Shown piece after piece: positions 58,579 through 64,000 of a stretch of DNA of 64,000 nucleotides (its first letter is position 1; every line of letters starts with the position of its first letter). Below the pieces are notes generated by a model. That model did no database searches. It worked only from the letters and a program-made list of their open reading frames with translations, and had not been told where the DNA came from. A program made the position numbers and the translations under genes. The stretch comes from Clostridia bacterium (GTDB taxonomy: Bacteria > Bacillota > Clostridia > Oscillospirales > RGIG577). The stretch is taken from positions 6,073 through 70,072 of the forward strand of contig JAFWDJ010000024.1 of the NCBI GenBank assembly GCA_017513095.1. The letters run 5' to 3'.

Positions 58579-61151
58579 CTATCGATCCAAGCGTTTCGCC
58601 CTATACGGCACGCGGATGCTGCCGTTTTCGGGGACGAAACGCTCCGCGTGGGACGCGTTTTTGTCGGCAGGAAGGAATGAAATGCCAGAGTCGTAGCATT
58701 CCAGGGCAAGCTTCAGGATTTTTATACGTTCCGACTCAATACATCTTTCGCCCTGCTTTCCCACAATTCGATTATACTCCTCATAGGCGCGCGCGCGGCC
58801 TTCGGCGAGGACGCCGTAGAGGACGCCGTAATCGAATTTTGGCTCATCAAACTCATCAATGCACGAAAGAACGGCGGCAAAGAACGCGGCGGGGCGGTTT
58901 ATTCTGTACCATACCTTCCTGAGATCGTTTATCACGGATCCGATCGCGTGCGCCTTTGGAAAAAGATAATATATCTCCCTCATCGATGCGATTAACCGTT
59001 CGGGGACGCCGTGTTGCTTCATTATTTCAAGCTGACTTTCATCAAAGCCGTGACGCGCCCTGCCCATTCTCACGTATTGTGCTATGGAATACGCGTCTTT
59101 TCGTCCTACTCCGTATCTCATCAGAGAAAGCATGACGTCCTCGCGAAACGCGATAGGCCCGCCGCAGTCGGCGCACGCCCCGATAAGCTCTCCGGGATCG
59201 TCGGAGCGGTCGAAGACGCCGTGATCAAAGCCAAAGATATTTACAAGGTCGGAGAATTTTGTCGGCTTTACGGCGGAGATAAATCTTTTAAAACTCTCCG
59301 AGCCGAAAGAAATGCCCTCAAGACTTGCGGCGCCGAAATACGAGGCGAAATCTATATCGCCAATATCAATGCTTTCTGCCGGCACGCCCGAATACTCTTC
59401 CATAAGCTTAAGCTCCGAAAAAAGCGTAAAGTCGTACATACATATTCTTTCAAGTGGGAGATAACGACAATCAATAAGCGTTATAGGCTTGACTTTGCCG
59501 CAAGAGCGTGACAGATACGTGTACCGTGTCGGTGAAAAGTCGGATATATCATATCCCCGGGGAACGATGAGAAAGGCTCCGGGGTGTCGGCCGCCCGCTA
59601 CATGCACCGACGCCATTTTTTTGACAATGCGTTCTCTTTGTCCGAGGCCTATGGACGTATTCGTTTCTTCGCAGTATTTATCTACCAGATCCGAAATACA
59701 CCGCTCGCCCATCCGTCCGTAAATCGTAGACTCCGAACCGGCGAGAACCGTGTTGTTCCTGCCGAACACCTCTTCAAGGCAATCAAGAATTTCCGTTCGG
59801 ATATCTTCGGCAAAGTTAAAATAAAACTCAGGTGATATGTCCCCTTCGTACCCGGTGAAGAATTCGCACGGGAGATTATGCCCGTCGCCCGTGTAAGGTG
59901 TGCCGCAGTCGGGACAAAGGCGCCTTTCGACGCCGAAGGTGACAAGATCGTATCCCGAGGCGCACTCCGTCTCATCGACGAATTCTACCCTTTTGCAATT
60001 CGGGCAGAAATAATGCGGCGGCAGAGGATTTGTCTCCGTTATGCCCAAAAGATACGAAACGAACGAACTTCCGACGCATCCGCTAAGCTTGTGAATATAG
60101 CCTTTACCGCGGCTTTTGTCGGACATTTTCGCCGCAAGCAGATAGTGTGACCAGCCGTCCGAACTGTCAATCTTTTCGAACTCGTCCGCTATGCGCAGGC
60201 GTATGATATCCGGCGCCGCTTCGCCGTATTTTTCGGCGGAGGCACTCAGAGCGCGCGATATGACCTTGCTTCGCGCGTAAGGAAGACAGAGCGTCGGCTT
60301 TTCAAACGGGAGCGGGTCGAAGCTTTCGACCGCTTCCGCGATGAGGTTCGTGTTTTCTATGACCGCCGTTTCCGTCATATCCCCAAGGAACGCAAAATCG
60401 CGAAGCATCTCCTCGGTCGACTTCATAAAGGCGATATTTTCATCCTGCCCGTCCTTCTGATGGAGGATCTTAAAGCAGAGCTCGTCTTCCTTTGTTATGC
60501 AGTTCGCGCGGCTTACCGCGGCGGGATGTTTTCCGATGCTCTGAAGGACGCGGACTGCCGCGAGTGCCGCCTCTTTGAGCGCGGCCCCGTCCGCTTCCTC
60601 TGACGAAACCGCCGAAAGCGCGCTTTTTGGGGGCAAGGTGATCTCTGCGTAATCGACGCCGTCAAATAGGACGAAAGCTCGCGCCGGACGTCAGCTTCGC
60701 TTTTATTTACGAAGCTTTGTATATGATCCCACGTGCATTCCCTGCCGATGAGAACGTCCTCTTTGTATTTGAGCACCAAATCCCAATCGATGTACGGCCG
60801 TTGATCGTTTTTAAGGTCCGTCGCCGCTTTTCGGTAACCGGCCGAAATGATAAGGTACACGTTTCTTAATCCGTGCCTCGTTTTGGCAAGCAGTGTTATA
60901 AAGAATTCGCCGCCGTTTTTGTCATGGCATAAAAGCCGCACGCCGAAAATGGCCTTGATTCCCGCATTCGCGCTTTTAACGGCTTCTGAAAGCTTTAAAA
61001 CGGAATGCACGGAGTCGAAATCTGTTATCGCCACGGCGTTTGAGCCGTTTTTTACTGCGAAATCCACGACGTCATCGGGCGTTATCACCGTTTCCCGGTA
61101 TCCGAAGCAGGAGCTTACGCCAAGCTCGATATGTCTTTTTTCGTTTGCCAT
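58579..61151 (-). pseudogene. Truncated, frameshifted PolC-like (PHP + Pol III alpha) paralog
   Basis: Two overlapping ORFs (60513-61151 and 58579-60636). PolC-type zinc module PPHYFCPNCKRVEF...CPDCGTPYTGDGHNLPCEFF. Colinear with PolC to the C-terminus (YLFPKAHAIGSV...ISFLPAD). No exonuclease, OB or N-terminal domains. The reading frame changes near 60671-60690. Confidence 0.7.
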
Positions 61152-61169
61152 TTAGTATTCCTCCGTTCT

Positions 61170-62318
61170 TTATTCCGTCTTCCTCTTTCTTCTGCCGGCG
61201 TTCTCGCTTGCCTTGAAGTTGTAGATGGGCTTAATTATCTTCTCTATAACTACCGTGTCCCCAATATTTTTGATTATCTCTTCCATGGGCTTATATACCA
61301 TCGGGCATTCGTCTATCGTATCCCGTGTGACGGATGTCGTAAAAATGCCCTCCATAGATTCCTTATATGCTGTAAGCGTAAAAGAATCAAGGGCGTCCTT
61401 TCTGCTCATAAGCCTGCCCGCGCCGTGAGGCGCGCTGAAATTCCACTCCTCGTTTCCGAGACCCGTGCAGATAAGGCTGCCGTCGCGCATATTCATCGGA
61501 ATGAGAAGTCGCTCGCCCTTTTTGGCTGATACGGCTCCCTTTCGCAGAATCATTGCGCCGACGTCGACGTAGTTGTGGACCGTCGAAAAGCTTTTCTCCT
61601 CGGTAAGCTTCATACCGTCGAGGATGACTTCCTTTATGACCGTGCGGTTGAGATGCGCGAACGCCTGCATGAACTCCATATCGTGAAGGTAATCCCGCAT
61701 ATCGTCTCCGCTGAGGTATGAAAGCTCATACGGTATCTCATCCTGTCCGCGCCCGCCGCAGGCGCCGTACGCCTTTTTCTGATAATGCTCCGCCACGCGA
61801 AGACCGAGATTGCGGCTTCCCGTATGTATCACGAGATAAAGGTTATCCTCGTCGTCGCGGTCTATCTCGATAAAGTGATTGCCGCCGCCGAGCGTTCCAA
61901 TGCTCTCCTTTGCCCTGCGGATATCGATCTTTTTTACGCAACGAAGATCATAGATATCAAGACGGCCGTGGCTTCGGTGGCTCCTTTCGCGCACCTCGAA
62001 GCCGCAGGGGATATTTTGGCGTATAAAGCTGTCGAGCTTCGGCAGGTCGATGCGTTTTTCGGAAAGCTTCACCGTGAGCATACCGCAGCCTATATCCACG
62101 CCCACGACGTTGGGAACGATTTTATCATGTATCGTCATCGTTGTGCCTATGGTAGAGCCCTTGCCGGCGTGCACGTCGGGCATAATGCGTATCCTTGCGC
62201 CCTCTGACGCCGGCTGGTCGCAGAACGCCTTTATCATGCTCTCCGCAGAGGGCTCAAGGGTGTCCGTAAACACATTTGCCTCTGCGTATCTGCCTTTTAT
62301 CTCAATCATTCGTTTCAC
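61170..62318 (-). CDS. rtcB: RtcB-family RNA 3'-phosphate ligase
   Basis: 382 aa. Motifs MPDVHAGKGSTIGTT, GGGNHFIE and SAPHGAGR. Confidence 0.9.
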   Translation of the reverse strand: MKRMIEIKGRYAEANVFTDTLEPSAESMIKAFCDQPASEGARIRIMPDVHAGKGSTIGTTMTIHDKIVPNVVGVDIGCGMLTVKLSEKRIDLPKLDSFIRQNIPCGFEVRERSHRSHGRLDIYDLRCVKKIDIRRAKESIGTLGGGNHFIEIDRDDEDNLYLVIHTGSRNLGLRVAEHYQKKAYGACGGRGQDEIPYELSYLSGDDMRDYLHDMEFMQAFAHLNRTVIKEVILDGMKLTEEKSFSTVHNYVDVGAMILRKGAVSAKKGERLLIPMNMRDGSLICTGLGNEEWNFSAPHGAGRLMSRKDALDSFTLTAYKESMEGIFTTSVTRDTIDECPMVYKPMEEIIKNIGDTVVIEKIIKPIYNFKASENAGRRKRKTE

Positions 62319-62470
62319 CGCCTTTTTTGATTATTCATAAATACGCTCGTTTGCCTTATTTCGCTAAAATGAAGTATAGCGAACGGCATGTTCCAAAAAC
62401 GGGACATCGACGCATGGGAGTATTAAAAAGAATAAGCCCGCAGGGAATGACCTTAAACGTGCGCAGGAGA

Positions 62471-62512
62471 TAAAAAAGAGACCCGCGATCGTTAGACGAC
62501 GGCGGGTCTCTT
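62471..62512 (-). terminator. Terminator downstream of lysS
   Basis: 11-bp stem aagagacccgc(62476-62486)/gcgggtctctt(62502-62512), followed on the minus strand by a T-run. Confidence 0.7.
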
Positions 62513-62535
62513 TGGGGTAATTGCGGAAAGATAAA

Positions 62536-64000
<1,465 letters not shown>

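Noticed and set aside
58425-58922. ORFs 58425-58709 (-) and 58560-58922 (+) around the 3' end of the PolC-like gene
   Set aside because: Both overlap the PolC-like reading frame or its terminator. Both translate to Arg/Pro-rich low-complexity sequence without an RBS.
60624-60633. Programmed -1 ribosomal slippage at the CCCCCAAAAA run (minus strand) to join the two PolC-like ORFs
   Set aside because: PolC-homologous sequence in the downstream frame (FVLFDGVDYAEI) starts about 40 nt upstream of this run. The frame change must therefore lie near 60671-60690, where no slippery heptamer is visible. An indel (mutation or sequencing error) is more parsimonious.

Overview
High-GC (about 60%) chromosomal segment from a spore-forming Firmicute, Clostridia-like by gene content. 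Nearly all genes are on the minus strand. The recognisable core includes asnS, an Asp23-family gene, the complete spoIIIAA-AH operon, ligA, one tRNA (CAU anticodon), glnB-amt, spoIIAA-spoIIAB-sigF, hup, mazG, type III glutamine synthetase, the hemZ/MBL/dtd/relA/recJ block, nfo, a six-gene polyamine operon (speD, decarboxylase, speE, speB, CANSDH, CANSDC), a sleB-like gene, an Rrf2 regulator with patB, rtcB, and lysS (truncated at the window edge). Two accessory patches stand out. (1) 11.8-16.3 kb, next to the tRNA: a PD-(D/E)xK-like protein, a low-GC orphan, a WYL regulator and a transmembrane-less FtsH-like AAA/M41 protease. (2) 50.5-58.3 kb: a low-GC (about 40% in spot counts), same-strand cluster of nine ORFs that I cannot assign to any known system. 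It holds three paralogs with an invariant N-terminal RTDFVTNSSS motif, two non-LigA BRCT domains, a radical SAM/SPASM enzyme with non-canonical Cys spacing, a Sel1-repeat protein, an acidic orphan, and two duplicated mini zinc-ribbon ORFs that are too short for the ORF track. This cluster is my best candidate for the undescribed system. It lies beside a frameshifted, catalytically degenerate PolC-like gene and rtcB. I found no CRISPR array, rRNA, transposase or integrase.
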